From: Flectonema sp. DT1601
Lineage: Eukaryota
Direction: 5' to 3'
Assembly: GCA_964019425.1 (NCBI GenBank)
Contig: OZ025791.1
Span: forward strand, 62,001 to 126,000
DNA length: 64,000 nt
Positions 22,582-37,644 of the stretch are shown here, piece after piece. Each line of letters begins with the position of its first letter. The first letter of the stretch is position 1. Both the position numbers and the translations under genes were made by a program. The notes below the pieces were generated by a model. That model ran no database searches and was not told the origin of the DNA. It worked only from the letters and a program-made list of their open reading frames with translations.

Positions 22582-25274
22582 TTTTTTGTGCTTTGTTTTG
22601 TCTTAAGCCTGATAGAAGGAAAGGAAGTAACATCATGCCAATCCAGCAATAAAATATCAAGAGATCTGAACTTTGCTTTTACCACCAAAAGAGAGTACAT
22701 TTCCAACTGAGAATCCTGAGGAATAATGAGGGCCCATTTGGGGATCATGGAGAAGGCACACCGCGGTATATTATAAGAAGCTCACAAAAGAAGGTAACCT
22801 ATCAGAATTGGTAGCCACAAATCAATAAGAACCATAAAACATATCAAATAAATCATTCCATTCCCACGTCACTTATCGACTTGTGCGCGGCTGAAGGCGG
22901 GAAATATTGATATAACAAAACATACCACATAAAGCATTCCACTCCCACGTCACTTATCGAACTTCACCACAAATCACAACACGAAGCAAGTTCAGTTCAA
23001 TCAAGGAAAGGTGTAAAATCTTAAAAAGCAGATTTATGGTTAACAATCAATAAGAAATAGTTCCACACAGATCAAACATGCCCACCCCCCCGGGACACGC
23101 GACACACACAAACCAATGGGCACTCAAAAACGAAACACGTGCAAAAATCACCAGCACTCAAACCACAATAAGAACTCATCAGAGTTAAACAACACGACAC
23201 TTAATTCCAACACAAACACAACACAACTTCACCACAAATCACAACACGAAGAACAAGTTCAGTAAATTCAAGGAAGGCAAAAGAAATAGTTTCACAGAAA
23301 CATCTGACACAGACACACGAGCACTCAAACTACACATATGAACACACAACACACACACACAAAGAGTAATGAGAACTCGTCAGAGTTTCAACAAACAATA
23401 CACAACACATACATGCATACACACACACCGAGAGGAGGTTCAGTGAAGCTTCTGCTCACCTCATCATAAGTTCAGCTCCTGTTAAAAAAAAATGAAAATA
23501 TATACAAAAGTTACAAAATTGCAAACACCCTCTCATGTCACCATCACCGCAAAGCCCTCTCAACGATCCCTCCTTCCATCACACGGCAAGTGGTACCATT
23601 TTCCACTTAACTTACTCTCCCCTCTCCACCACATCACTTGTGACATGTCCTTTCTGATAATAAAAAGAAGAAAGAATGATTGCAAACAAACGAACAGAAC
23701 AAACAACAAATTAATAGCCAAAAGTCAGCGGCAAAACCTTTCCCCCCCGACCCCGACACGCAAGGCGTATTTGTTTGTGCGTTCAGGGGAATCACCACAC
23801 GGAAGGAATGCCATTCGCTAGACTTTAAAAGAAAGGTACGAAATCAACGAAAAGAAAGTGTTTATAAAAATTATTTAAAAAAAAGAAAATAAAGAAATGT
23901 TGCGCCGGGAAGGTCATTTGGGGAATTCAATTGAAATGTGAAAGTGAACTGATTACATTGCAAAACAATCGCGCGTTATTACAATACAGTACCTATACAA
24001 AAGTACAATATTATCATTATCATTGTTAGTTTTATTATTATTATTTCTCACCAGGGGGGCGTGACTCCTGCGTGAAGAAGGAAACACACAACCCCCCACT
24101 CCTGAAGACTTGTAACTGCCGTGAGGCCGTCATCACAACGACAACGACAACCACAACGACAACGACGGCAGGCACGAAAAAAAAGAAGAAAAATGACAAG
24201 ACAACAACAACAACCCACATGGGTGACGAATGAAAGCAGTACTGATCACAGGATTTTACTTTTTCTAAATCGAAAATGTCAGAGAGAGAGAGACGATAAG
24301 TATATTGCTGCAAAAGATTGAATTTCATTTACCAAAATTAGAGATTTAACCGCACACCACCACCACTACTATCATCATCATCATGATCATGATCTCAGAT
24401 GGTGGCTCCTTCCTCAGTAATATGAACACGTCCTGAACATCAAAAACAGTTCACAGAGCAAGAAAACACTGCTTAGCAAAAATACCAATCAAATCACAGC
24501 AGCAGCAGCTGGCTCACTCGCATACATATTGCCATTCTCTCTCGTGCGTCTCCTCCTCTCTTCATTCACTTCCCCCATTTACCTGCCAACCTCCAATCCC
24601 GAGTAGCCTCCCACGACAAGTTTTGCCACGAGCGTTGCTATGTTGGGAAACCTAGCTCTCTGTGCGAGAAACCAGGAAATCCGCTGATAACTACACTCCG
24701 ATGACCAACTGAGTGGGCGCTCAACTCGGATCATTGAGGCTGGTTCCGTCTCGGCGAGGAACTGCAGCTGCTGCGTGAGTCGAGTTGGTCAGCTTTTGCT
24801 AAAACTCACCAAGGAACAGGAAGTGAGAATCGAGTTGGTAAATGTTGTTGTTGTTTTTGTTGTGGTAGTTTTTACGGGATACTCGGCAACTGCCGCAAGA
24901 GTATCCCTATGATCGAGGAGCAGCACAAACAAAACCAGGGTGAAATTGTTTTTCTTTTTTTCCTCTCTCTCTCTCTCAATACGTAAAAGGTCAGTTTTGT
25001 TTTCTTTGCATTGTCTCTCTCTCTCTCTCTCTCTGTATCTCTCGTTCCGTCTCTCTCGCAGTAAAAACAAAAAAAAGGGTGAAAATCAGCAAAACTGGTT
25101 TTCCTTTTTCCCAGCCTCTCAAAAGACCAGAGCACTTGCCACCGCGAGAGAGTGAGAGAAAAGAGAAGGGGAAAAAAAAAAAGGAAGACAGCAGACTGGA
25201 CCATCACATCCACAACATCAACGAGAACAACATTGGAGCGGGGGGATCGGCAGCGTGTGCCTTCCCTCCCGCGG

Positions 25275-25649
25275 AAACAAATAAAGAAAGGTATCCAAAA
25301 CAAAGTAAAGAATGGTACACAAAACAAATAAAGAAAGGTATCCAAAACAAAGTAAAGAATGGTACACAAAACAAATAAAGAAAGGTATATAAAACAAAGT
25401 TAAGAAAGGTACACAAAACAAATAAAGAATGGTATACAAAGCAAATAAAGAAAGGTATATAAAACAAAGTTAAGAAAGGTATACAAAACAAATAAAGAAA
25501 GGTATATAAAACAAATAAAGAAAGGTATACAAAACAAATAAAGAATGGTATACAAAACAAATAAAGAAAGGTATACAAAACAAATAAAGAAAGGTATATA
25601 AAGCAAAGTTAAGAAAGGTATACAAAACAAAGTAAAGAAAGGTATACAA
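25275..25649. repeat. 23/24-bp minisatellite, 16 copies
   Basis: As unit 3. Confidence 0.95.
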
Positions 25650-26872
25650 TCTCCTCATGGGTGAATGCCAGAGAGAGAGAGCCTTTGCAGGTCGTCTCTC
25701 CAGACTTGCACTGCCAAGAGAAAATAAACGTTTTTTCCGCGACTGGTACCGAGGGATGGGATCTTTTTTGTTTTTTAAATTTTTTAAGGTTTTTTTATTT
25801 TTATTTTTTGTTAAATTGAAAAGAAGAAATGAAAAATTGGACACAAAAACTCCACAATCTCAAAGCAAATCAAGAAAATAATAATATTCTCTCTTTTCAG
25901 CCTTTTGTTGTTCGTCGAAGTGAAGAGCCAGAGCATCGGAGTTGCAACTTCCGGGTTCCGGTTTTCCTTCTTTCAGTGCGTTTATTAGTTTTCGTGTGCC
26001 AGCAAAAAAAAAAAAAAATAAAATAAAATAAAATAAAATCCGACACAATTCTCCAAAAGACCATTCACATCTCGCCCCCGTGTTGTTAAAGAAAATTTCT
26101 TGTTGTTGGTTATGAGAAAAATGAAAATGAAAATGTCTATCGGCCGAGAGAGTAGTTGTACTCTCTCGCTCGACGACAAGACAACAACAACAACAACGAC
26201 AACGACAACGACAACAACTTACTAACCCAGATGTGAATGGCCCGTACTTTCTACCACTACTTGTCGGGGGAAAAAAAAAAAGAAAAGAGAAGTTCGTGTA
26301 AAGGAAATCCATCTCACCTACCTTAATTCACAAAAGCAGCAATGCAATTGCAGCTGTCAGAAATGAAGAAGCGGCATCTAAAAACTAGAAAACAACTAAA
26401 AAAAAAAAAGACAGAACCATTTTTCTTTGAACTTCAAACGAAAAAAAAACATGGCTGTCTCTCTCTCTCTCTCTCTCCACTCATGGCAGAGTTAGTTAAT
26501 TGTCTTCAAAGTTTAATACGGTATTTTTCTTCATAACAGGAAGGAAAACAAGGAGGAGGATAGATGAAAAAAATGAAAGGAGGAAAAAAAAAAAAAAAAA
26601 AAAAGAAAAGTGTGCGGTACATTCTTTTTGTTTTGAATTTTTTTTTTTTTTTTTTTTTTGTTGGAGTCGATCGTTTTTGTTTCTTTTTTTTTTTTTGAAT
26701 AATTATACGCACATATTAATTGGGTTAAAGGGAAGTTGGTACAAAGGTCGCTTATTATTATTATTTTTTTTTTTTTTTTAGTTTTGGTTTTGGTTTTGGT
26801 TTTGCTTTTGCTTTTGGTTTTGCTTTTTTTTTTGTTGGGCTGCTGTTTTTTTCAAACAACAACAGAATTCAT

Positions 26873-28048
26873 TTAACGACAACAAACATGAAAAACACAA
26901 GCCGCAAACAGCTGCTGCGCAAGCCGAAACTTCCTTTTTTCTCCGCTACTCATGCCGGCAAACAAACCCAAGAAATTGACAATTTCAAAGGAGAGCAATA
27001 CCAACAACAAAACAATCCAAAGAAGAAAAGAACAGGCATCGGAAAGCGCGGCGACAGCTTCAAACAAATACTTAATGTCAACTTTATTGACTACGGCTGC
27101 CGCCTCGACTTTCCATCCCCTGAAGATGCGTTCCAAGTGTTTCTTGCTCTGATCAATCCGGTGATTGATGCAAAACAGCTTAACACTCTGGTCAGCAATC
27201 TCCGTACATGCAACCACTTTCCCGAACCCCCCGCGAATCACCTCGGACGCAGACTTCAGATCTGCCTCGACCGAGCGATAAGCACCAATGGGTCCAGCAA
27301 AAAAAGAAAGGAAACATGCCTCCAGTTCGGAGCGAACGCTTCTCGAAAACAAGAGAAACCGATCAAACAGAGAAAGTACAGAGAACATGAAGTCAGCCGC
27401 TGAACTGGCTGCTTCATTCACCCAAGCCATTACGAGGTCAGCAAACCTGACACACTCGAGCTCAAGCGCACCCCAGACACCGTGCGTGATGTCGGAGAGT
27501 TCCGCTTCACAAGTGCGCACCACATCGAGAAGCTTCACCCGGGTTATCGCGAACCGGATCCCGAAGCACTTCACGAGTCTATCGGTGGCACTGTGATCGG
27601 AGCATTGGCTGCTCCTCATCAGCTCTTCGACGGCCACTCTGCTCGCGGAACCAAACGCCCTCCTCATCGTGTCACCCACACGGTGCGGAATACTTTTACC
27701 AACAGAGTGCGGCACGTCAGCATGACACGCAGACTCGTTGACGTTGGTGTTGCCGTTGACGTTGGCGTTGGCTTTGGCGTTGGCTTTGGCGTTGGCGTTG
27801 GCGTTGGCGTTGTCGCTGGAGCTGGAGTTGGCGTCAGTGGAGGTGTTGTTGTCGATAATACAACACCACTTGTCGATAATAGTGGTGGTGGTGGTGGTGT
27901 TCGTCGTCGTCGTCGTTGTCGCAACAACTTCGGCGGGCTCTTCGAACATTCCCAGCATCAATCCAACTGGAGGCAAGTCAGGCAGACCGCATCCAAAGCA
28001 GAACACCGTCCACCAGAATACTCCCACAAATCCGATGATGGCAAACAT
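26873..28048 (-). CDS. Orphan membrane-protein ORF, copy 6 (391 aa)
   Basis: Protein identical to copy 4. Confidence 0.6.
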   Translation of the reverse strand: MFAIIGFVGVFWWTVFCFGCGLPDLPPVGLMLGMFEEPAEVVATTTTTTNTTTTTTIIDKWCCIIDNNTSTDANSSSSDNANANANAKANAKANANVNGNTNVNESACHADVPHSVGKSIPHRVGDTMRRAFGSASRVAVEELMRSSQCSDHSATDRLVKCFGIRFAITRVKLLDVVRTCEAELSDITHGVWGALELECVRFADLVMAWVNEAASSAADFMFSVLSLFDRFLLFSRSVRSELEACFLSFFAGPIGAYRSVEADLKSASEVIRGGFGKVVACTEIADQSVKLFCINHRIDQSKKHLERIFRGWKVEAAAVVNKVDIKYLFEAVAALSDACSFLLWIVLLLVLLSFEIVNFLGLFAGMSSGEKRKFRLAQQLFAACVFHVCCR

Positions 28049-30739
28049 TTTTTTGTGCTTTGTTTTGTCTTAAGCCTGATAGAAGGAAAGGAAGTAACAT
28101 CATGCCAATCCAGCAATAAAATATCAAGAGATCTGAACTTTGCTTTTACCACCAAAAGAGAGTACATTTCCAACTGAGAATCCTGAGGAATAATGAGGGC
28201 CCATTTGGGGATCATGGAGAAGGCACACCGCGGTATATTATAAGAAGCTCACAAAAGAAGGTAACCTATCAGAATTGGTAGCCACAAATCAATAAGAACC
28301 ATAAAACATATCAAATAAATCATTCCATTCCCACGTCACTTATCGACTTGTGCGCGGCTGAAGGCGGGAAATATTGATATAACAAAACATACCACATAAA
28401 GCATTCCACTCCCACGTCACTTATCGAACTTCACCACAAATCACAACACGAAGCAAGTTCAGTTCAATCAAGGAAAGGTGTAAAATCTTAAAAAGCAGAT
28501 TTATGGTTAACAATCAATAAGAAATAGTTCCACACAGATCAAACATGCCCACCCCCCCGGGACACGCGACACACACAAACCAATGGGCACTCAAAAACGA
28601 AACACGTGCAAAAATCACCAGCACTCAAACCACAATAAGAACTCATCAGAGTTAAACAACACGACACTTAATTCCAACACAAACACAACACAACTTCACC
28701 ACAAATCACAACACGAAGAACAAGTTCAGTAAATTCAAGGAAGGCAAAAGAAATAGTTTCACAGAAACATCTGACACAGACACACGAGCACTCAAACTAC
28801 ACATATGAACACACAACACACACACACAAAGAGTAATGAGAACTCGTCAGAGTTTCAACAAACAATACACAACACATACATGCATACACACACACCGAGA
28901 GGAGGTTCAGTGAAGCTTCTGCTCACCTCATCATAAGTTCAGCTCCTGTTAAAAAAAAATGAAAATATATACAAAAGTTACAAAATTGCAAACACCCTCT
29001 CATGTCACCATCACCGCAAAGCCCTCTCAACGATCCCTCCTTCCATCACACGGCAAGTGGTACCATTTTCCACTTAACTTACTCTCCCCTCTCCACCACA
29101 TCACTTGTGACATGTCCTTTCTGATAATAAAAAGAAGAAAGAATGATTGCAAACAAACGAACAGAACAAACAACAAATTAATAGCCAAAAGTCAGCGGCA
29201 AAACCTTTCCCCCCCGACCCCGACACGCAAGGCGTATTTGTTTGTGCGTTCAGGGGAATCACCACACGGAAGGAATGCCATTCGCTAGACTTTAAAAGAA
29301 AGGTACGAAATCAACGAAAAGAAAGTGTTTATAAAAATTATTTAAAAAAAAGAAAATAAAGAAATGTTGCGCCGGGAAGGTCATTTGGGGAATTCAATTG
29401 AAATGTGAAAGTGAACTGATTACATTGCAAAACAATCGCGCGTTATTACAATACAGTACCTATACAAAAGTACAATATTATCATTATCATTGTTAGTTTT
29501 ATTATTATTATTTCTCACCAGGGGGGCGTGACTCCTGCGTGAAGAAGGAAACACACAACCCCCCACTCCTGAAGACTTGTAACTGCCGTGAGGCCGTCAT
29601 CACAACGACAACGACAACCACAACGACAACGACGGCAGGCACGAAAAAAAAGAAGAAAAATGACAAGACAACAACAACAACCCACATGGGTGACGAATGA
29701 AAGCAGTACTGATCACAGGATTTTACTTTTTCTAAATCGAAAATGTCAGAGAGAGAGAGACGATAAGTATATTGCTGCAAAAGATTGAATTTCATTTACC
29801 AAAATTAGAGATTTAACCGCACACCACCACCACTACTATCATCATCATCATGATCATGATCTCAGATGGTGGCTCCTTCCTCAGTAATATGAACACGTCC
29901 TGAACATCAAAAACAGTTCACAGAGCAAGAAAACACTGCTTAGCAAAAATACCAATCAAATCACAGCAGCAGCAGCTGGCTCACTCGCATACATATTGCC
30001 ATTCTCTCTCGTGCGTCTCCTCCTCTCTTCATTCACTTCCCCCATTTACCTGCCAACCTCCAATCCCGAGTAGCCTCCCACGACAAGTTTTGCCACGAGC
30101 GTTGCTATGTTGGGAAACCTAGCTCTCTGTGCGAGAAACCAGGAAATCCGCTGATAACTACACTCCGATGACCAACTGAGTGGGCGCTCAACTCGGATCA
30201 TTGAGGCTGGTTCCGTCTCGGCGAGGAACTGCAGCTGCTGCGTGAGTCGAGTTGGTCAGCTTTTGCTAAAACTCACCAAGGAACAGGAAGTGAGAATCGA
30301 GTTGGTAAATGTTGTTGTTGTTTTTGTTGTGGTAGTTTTTACGGGATACTCGGCAACTGCCGCAAGAGTATCCCTATGATCGAGGAGCAGCACAAACAAA
30401 ACCAGGGTGAAATTGTTTTTCTTTTTTTCCTCTCTCTCTCTCTCAATACGTAAAAGGTCAGTTTTGTTTTCTTTGCATTGTCTCTCTCTCTCTCTCTCTG
30501 TATCTCTCGTTCCGTCTCTCTCGCAGTAAAAACAAAAAAAAGGGTGAAAATCAGCAAAACTGGTTTTCCTTTTTCCCAGCCTCTCAAAAGACCAGAGCAC
30601 TTGCCACCGCGAGAGAGTGAGAGAAAAGAGAAGGGGAAAAAAAAAAAGGAAGACAGCAGACTGGACCATCACATCCACAACATCAACGAGAACAACATTG
30701 GAGCGGGGGGATCGGCAGCGTGTGCCTTCCCTCCCGCGG

Positions 30740-31051
30740 AAACAAATAAAGAAAGGTATCCAAAACAAAGTTAAGAAAGGTATACAAAACAAAGTAAAGA
30801 ATGGTACACAAAACAAAGTTAAGAAAGGTATATAAAATAAAGTTAAGAAAGGTATACAAAACAAAGTTAAGAAAGGTATATAAAATAAAGTTAAGAAAGG
30901 TACAAAAAACAAAGTAAAGAATGGTACACAAAACAAAGTTAAGAAAGGTATAAAAAACAAAGTAAAGAATGGTACACAAAACAAAGTTAAGAAAGGTATA
31001 TAAAATAAAGTTAAGAAAGGTATACAAAACAAAGTTAAGAAAGGTATACAA
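30740..31051. repeat. Minisatellite, 13 copies, almost all 24-mers (type B)
   Basis: Dominated by AAAAYAAAGTTAAGAAAGGTATAY. Confidence 0.95.
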
Positions 31052-32266
31052 TCTCCTCATGGGTGAATGCCAGAGAGAGAGAGAACCTTTGCAGGTCGTC
31101 TCTCCAGACTTGCACTGCCAAGAGAAAATAAACGTTTTTTCCGCGACTGGTACCGAGGGATGGGATCTTTTTTGTTTTTTAAATTTTTTAAGGTTTTTTT
31201 ATTTTTATTTTTTGTTAAATTGAAAAGAAGAAATGAAAAATTGGACACAAAAACTCCACAATCTCAAAGCAAATCAAGAAAATAATAATATTCTCTCTTT
31301 TCAGCCTTTTGTTGTTCGTCGAAGTGAAGAGCCAGAGCATCGGAGTTGCAACTTCCGGGTTCCGGTTTTCCTTCTTTCAGTGCGTTTATTAGTTTTCGTG
31401 TGCCAGCAAAAAAAAAAAAATAAAATAAAATAAAATCCGACACAATTCTCCAAAAGACCATTCACATCTCGTCCCCGTGTTGTTAAAGAAAATTTCTTGT
31501 TGTTGGTTATGAGAAAAATGAAAATGAAAATGAAAATGTCTATCGGCCGAGAGAGTAGTTGTACTCTCTCGCTCGACGACAAGACAACAACAACGACAAC
31601 GACAACAACTTACTAACCCAGATGTGAATGGCCCGTACTTTCTACTACTACTTGTCGGGGGGAAAAAAAAAAAAGAAAAGAGAAGTTCGTGTAAAGGAAA
31701 TCCATCTCACCTACCTTAATTCACAAAAGCAACAATGCAATTGCAGCTGTCAGAAATGAAGAAGCGGCATCTAAAAACTAGAAAACAACTAAAAAAAAAA
31801 AAGACAGAACCATTTTTCTTTGAACTTCAAACGAAAAAAAAACATGGCTCTCTCTCTCTCTCTCTCTTTCCCTCTCATGGCAGAGTTAGTTAATTTTCTT
31901 CAAAGTTTAATACGGTATTTTTCTTCATAACAGGAAGGAAAACAAGGAGGAGGATAGATGAAAAAAATGAAAGGAGGAAAAAAAAAAAAAAAAAAAAAGA
32001 AAAGTGTGCGGTACATTCTTTTTGTTTTGAATTTTTTTTTTTTTTTTTTTTTTGTTGGAGTCGATCGTTTTTGTTTCTTTTTTTTTTTTTGAATAATTAT
32101 ACGCACATATTAATTGGGTTAAAGGGAAGTTGGTACAAAGGTCGCTTATTATTATTATTTTTTTTTTTTTTTTAGTTTTGGTTTTGGTTTTGGTTTTGCT
32201 TTTGCTTTTGGTTTTGCTTTTTTTTTTGTTGGGCTGCTGTTTTTTTCAAACAACAACAGAATTCAT

Positions 32267-33448
32267 TTAACGACAACAAACATGAAAAACACAAGCCGCA
32301 AACAGCTGCTGCGCAAGCCGAAACTTCCTTTTTTCTCCGCTACTCATGCCGGCAAACAAACCCAAGAAATTGACAATTTCAAAGGAGAGCAATACCAACA
32401 ACAAAACAATCCAAAGAAGAAAAGAACAGGCATCGGAAAGCGCGGCGACAGCTTCAAACAAATACTTAATGTCAACTTTATTGACTACGGCTGCCGCCTC
32501 GACTTTCCATCCCCTGAAGATGCGTTCCAAGTGTTTCTTGCTCTGATCAATCCGGTGATTGATGCAAAACAGCTTAACACTCTGGTCAGCAATCTCCGTA
32601 CATGCAACCACTTTCCCGAACCCCCCGCGAATCACCTCGGACGCAGACTTCAGATCTGCCTCGACCGAGCGATAAGCACCAATGGGTCCAGCAAAAAAAG
32701 AAAGGAAACATGCCTCCAGTTCGGAGCGAACGCTTCTCGAAAACAAGAGAAACCGATCAAACAGAGAAAGTACAGAGAACATGAAGTCAGCCGCTGAACT
32801 GGCTGCTTCATTCACCCAAGCCATTACGAGGTCAGCAAACCTGACACACTCGAGCTCAAGCGCACCCCAGACACCGTGCGTGATGTCGGAGAGTTCCGCT
32901 TCACAAGTGCGCACCACATCGAGAAGCTTCACCCGGGTTATCGCGAACCGGATCCCGAAGCACTTCACGAGTCTATCGGTGGCACTGTGATCGGAGCATT
33001 GGCTGCTCCTCATCAGCTCTTCGACGGCCACTCTGCTCGCGGAACCAAACGCCCTCCTCATCGTGTCACCCACACGGTGCGGAATACTTTTACCAACAGA
33101 GTGCGGCACGTCAGCATGACACGCAGACTCGTTGACGTTGGTGTTGCCGTTGACGTTGGCGTTGGCTTTGGCGTTGGCTTTGGCGTTGGCGTTGGCGTTG
33201 GCGTTGGCGTTGTCGCTGGAGCTGGAGTTGGCGTCAGTGGAGGTGTTGTTGTCGATAATACAACACCACTTGTCGATAATAGTGGTGGTGGTGGTGGTGT
33301 TCGTCGTCGTCGTCGTTGTCGCAACAACTTCGGCGGGCTCTTCGAACATTCCCAGCATCAATCCAACTGGAGGCAAGTCAGGCAGACCGCATCCAAAGCA
33401 GAACACCGTCCACCAGAATACTCCCACAAATCCGATGATGGCAAACAT
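32267..33448 (-). CDS. Orphan membrane-protein ORF, copy 7 (393 aa)
   Basis: As copy 2 with two fewer Asn-Ala hexamers. Confidence 0.6.
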   Translation of the reverse strand: MFAIIGFVGVFWWTVFCFGCGLPDLPPVGLMLGMFEEPAEVVATTTTTTNTTTTTTIIDKWCCIIDNNTSTDANSSSSDNANANANANAKANAKANANVNGNTNVNESACHADVPHSVGKSIPHRVGDTMRRAFGSASRVAVEELMRSSQCSDHSATDRLVKCFGIRFAITRVKLLDVVRTCEAELSDITHGVWGALELECVRFADLVMAWVNEAASSAADFMFSVLSLFDRFLLFSRSVRSELEACFLSFFAGPIGAYRSVEADLKSASEVIRGGFGKVVACTEIADQSVKLFCINHRIDQSKKHLERIFRGWKVEAAAVVNKVDIKYLFEAVAALSDACSFLLWIVLLLVLLSFEIVNFLGLFAGMSSGEKRKFRLAQQLFAACVFHVCCR

Positions 33449-36139
33449 TTTTTTGTGCTTTGTTTTGTCTTAAGCCTGATAGAAGGAAAGGAAGTAACAT
33501 CATGCCAATCCAGCAATAAAATATCAAGAGATCTGAACTTTGCTTTTACCACCAAAAGAGAGTACATTTCCAACTGAGAATCCTGAGGAATAATGAGGGC
33601 CCATTTGGGGATCATGGAGAAGGCACACCGCGGTATATTATAAGAAGCTCACAAAAGAAGGTAACCTATCAGAATTGGTAGCCACAAATCAATAAGAACC
33701 ATAAAACATATCAAATAAATCATTCCATTCCCACGTCACTTATCGACTTGTGCGCGGCTGAAGGCGGGAAATATTGATATAACAAAACATACCACATAAA
33801 GCATTCCACTCCCACGTCACTTATCGAACTTCACCACAAATCACAACACGAAGCAAGTTCAGTTCAATCAAGGAAAGGTGTAAAATCTTAAAAAGCAGAT
33901 TTATGGTTAACAATCAATAAGAAATAGTTCCACACAGATCAAACATGCCCACCCCCCCGGGACACGCGACACACACAAACCAATGGGCACTCAAAAACGA
34001 AACACGTGCAAAAATCACCAGCACTCAAACCACAATAAGAACTCATCAGAGTTAAACAACACGACACTTAATTCCAACACAAACACAACACAACTTCACC
34101 ACAAATCACAACACGAAGAACAAGTTCAGTAAATTCAAGGAAGGCAAAAGAAATAGTTTCACAGAAACATCTGACACAGACACACGAGCACTCAAACTAC
34201 ACATATGAACACACAACACACACACACAAAGAGTAATGAGAACTCGTCAGAGTTTCAACAAACAATACACAACACATACATGCATACACACACACCGAGA
34301 GGAGGTTCAGTGAAGCTTCTGCTCACCTCATCATAAGTTCAGCTCCTGTTAAAAAAAAATGAAAATATATACAAAAGTTACAAAATTGCAAACACCCTCT
34401 CATGTCACCATCACCGCAAAGCCCTCTCAACGATCCCTCCTTCCATCACACGGCAAGTGGTACCATTTTCCACTTAACTTACTCTCCCCTCTCCACCACA
34501 TCACTTGTGACATGTCCTTTCTGATAATAAAAAGAAGAAAGAATGATTGCAAACAAACGAACAGAACAAACAACAAATTAATAGCCAAAAGTCAGCGGCA
34601 AAACCTTTCCCCCCCGACCCCGACACGCAAGGCGTATTTGTTTGTGCGTTCAGGGGAATCACCACACGGAAGGAATGCCATTCGCTAGACTTTAAAAGAA
34701 AGGTACGAAATCAACGAAAAGAAAGTGTTTATAAAAATTATTTAAAAAAAAGAAAATAAAGAAATGTTGCGCCGGGAAGGTCATTTGGGGAATTCAATTG
34801 AAATGTGAAAGTGAACTGATTACATTGCAAAACAATCGCGCGTTATTACAATACAGTACCTATACAAAAGTACAATATTATCATTATCATTGTTAGTTTT
34901 ATTATTATTATTTCTCACCAGGGGGGCGTGACTCCTGCGTGAAGAAGGAAACACACAACCCCCCACTCCTGAAGACTTGTAACTGCCGTGAGGCCGTCAT
35001 CACAACGACAACGACAACCACAACGACAACGACGGCAGGCACGAAAAAAAAGAAGAAAAATGACAAGACAACAACAACAACCCACATGGGTGACGAATGA
35101 AAGCAGTACTGATCACAGGATTTTACTTTTTCTAAATCGAAAATGTCAGAGAGAGAGAGACGATAAGTATATTGCTGCAAAAGATTGAATTTCATTTACC
35201 AAAATTAGAGATTTAACCGCACACCACCACCACTACTATCATCATCATCATGATCATGATCTCAGATGGTGGCTCCTTCCTCAGTAATATGAACACGTCC
35301 TGAACATCAAAAACAGTTCACAGAGCAAGAAAACACTGCTTAGCAAAAATACCAATCAAATCACAGCAGCAGCAGCTGGCTCACTCGCATACATATTGCC
35401 ATTCTCTCTCGTGCGTCTCCTCCTCTCTTCATTCACTTCCCCCATTTACCTGCCAACCTCCAATCCCGAGTAGCCTCCCACGACAAGTTTTGCCACGAGC
35501 GTTGCTATGTTGGGAAACCTAGCTCTCTGTGCGAGAAACCAGGAAATCCGCTGATAACTACACTCCGATGACCAACTGAGTGGGCGCTCAACTCGGATCA
35601 TTGAGGCTGGTTCCGTCTCGGCGAGGAACTGCAGCTGCTGCGTGAGTCGAGTTGGTCAGCTTTTGCTAAAACTCACCAAGGAACAGGAAGTGAGAATCGA
35701 GTTGGTAAATGTTGTTGTTGTTTTTGTTGTGGTAGTTTTTACGGGATACTCGGCAACTGCCGCAAGAGTATCCCTATGATCGAGGAGCAGCACAAACAAA
35801 ACCAGGGTGAAATTGTTTTTCTTTTTTTCCTCTCTCTCTCTCTCAATACGTAAAAGGTCAGTTTTGTTTTCTTTGCATTGTCTCTCTCTCTCTCTCTCTG
35901 TATCTCTCGTTCCGTCTCTCTCGCAGTAAAAACAAAAAAAAGGGTGAAAATCAGCAAAACTGGTTTTCCTTTTTCCCAGCCTCTCAAAAGACCAGAGCAC
36001 TTGCCACCGCGAGAGAGTGAGAGAAAAGAGAAGGGGAAAAAAAAAAAGGAAGACAGCAGACTGGACCATCACATCCACAACATCAACGAGAACAACATTG
36101 GAGCGGGGGGATCGGCAGCGTGTGCCTTCCCTCCCGCGG

Positions 36140-36451
36140 AAACAAATAAAGAAAGGTATCCAAAACAAAGTTAAGAAAGGTATACAAAACAAAGTAAAGA
36201 ATGGTACACAAAACAAAGTTAAGAAAGGTATATAAAATAAAGTTAAGAAAGGTATACAAAACAAAGTTAAGAAAGGTATATAAAATAAAGTTAAGAAAGG
36301 TACAAAAAACAAAGTAAAGAATGGTACACAAAACAAAGTTAAGAAAGGTATAAAAAACAAAGTAAAGAATGGTACACAAAACAAAGTTAAGAAAGGTATA
36401 TAAAATAAAGTTAAGAAAGGTATACAAAACAAAGTTAAGAAAGGTATACAA
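36140..36451. repeat. Minisatellite, 13 copies, almost all 24-mers (type B)
   Basis: Matches the block at 30740-31051. Confidence 0.95.
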
Positions 36452-37644
36452 TCTCCTCATGGGTGAATGCCAGAGAGAGAGAGAACCTTTGCAGGTCGTC
36501 TCTCCAGACTTGCACTGCCAAGAGAAAATAAACGTTTTTTCCGCGACTGGTACCGAGGGATGGGATCTTTTTTGTTTTTTAAATTTTTTAAGGTTTTTTT
36601 ATTTTTATTTTTTGTTAAATTGAAAAGAAGAAATGAAAAATTGGACACAAAAACTCCACAATCTCAAAGCAAATCAAGAAAATAATAATATTCTCTCTTT
36701 TCAGCCTTTTGTTGTTCGTCGAAGTGAAGAGCCAGAGCATCGGAGTTGCAACTTCCGGGTTCCGGTTTTCCTTCTTTCAGTGCGTTTATTAGTTTTCGTG
36801 TGCCAGCAAAAAAAAAAAAATAAAATAAAATAAAATCCGACACAATTCTCCAAAAGACCATTCACATCTCGTCCCCGTGTTGTTAAAGAAAATTTCTTGT
36901 TGTTGGTTATGAGAAAAATGAAAATGAAAATGAAAATGTCTATCGGCCGAGAGAGTAGTTGTACTCTCTCGCTCGACGACAAGACAACAACAACGACAAC
37001 GACAACAACTTACTAACCCAGATGTGAATGGCCCGTACTTTCTACTACTACTTGTCGGGGGGAAAAAAAAAAAAGAAAAGAGAAGTTCGTGTAAAGGAAA
37101 TCCATCTCACCTACCTTAATTCACAAAAGCAACAATGCAATTGCAGCTGTCAGAAATGAAGAAGCGGCATCTAAAAACTAGAAAACAACTAAAAAAAAAA
37201 AAGACAGAACCATTTTTCTTTGAACTTCAAACGAAAAAAAAACATGGCTCTCTCTCTCTCTCTCTCTTTCCCTCTCATGGCAGAGTTAGTTAATTTTCTT
37301 CAAAGTTTAATACGGTATTTTTCTTCATAACAGGAAGGAAAACAAGGAGGAGGATAGATGAAAAAAATGAAAGGAGGAAAAAAAAAAAAAAAAAAAAAGA
37401 AAAGTGTGCGGTACATTCTTTTTGTTTTGAATTTTTTTTTTTTTTTTTTTGTTGGCGTCGATCGTTTTTGTTTCTTTTTTTTTTTTTTGAATAATTATAC
37501 GCACATATTAATTGGGTTAAAGGGAAGTTGGTACAAAGGTCGCTTATTATTATTATTTTTTTTTTTTTTTTGGTTTTGGTTTTGGTTTTGCTTTTGCTTT
37601 TTTTTTGTTGGGCTGCTGTTTTTTCAAACAACAACAGAATTTAT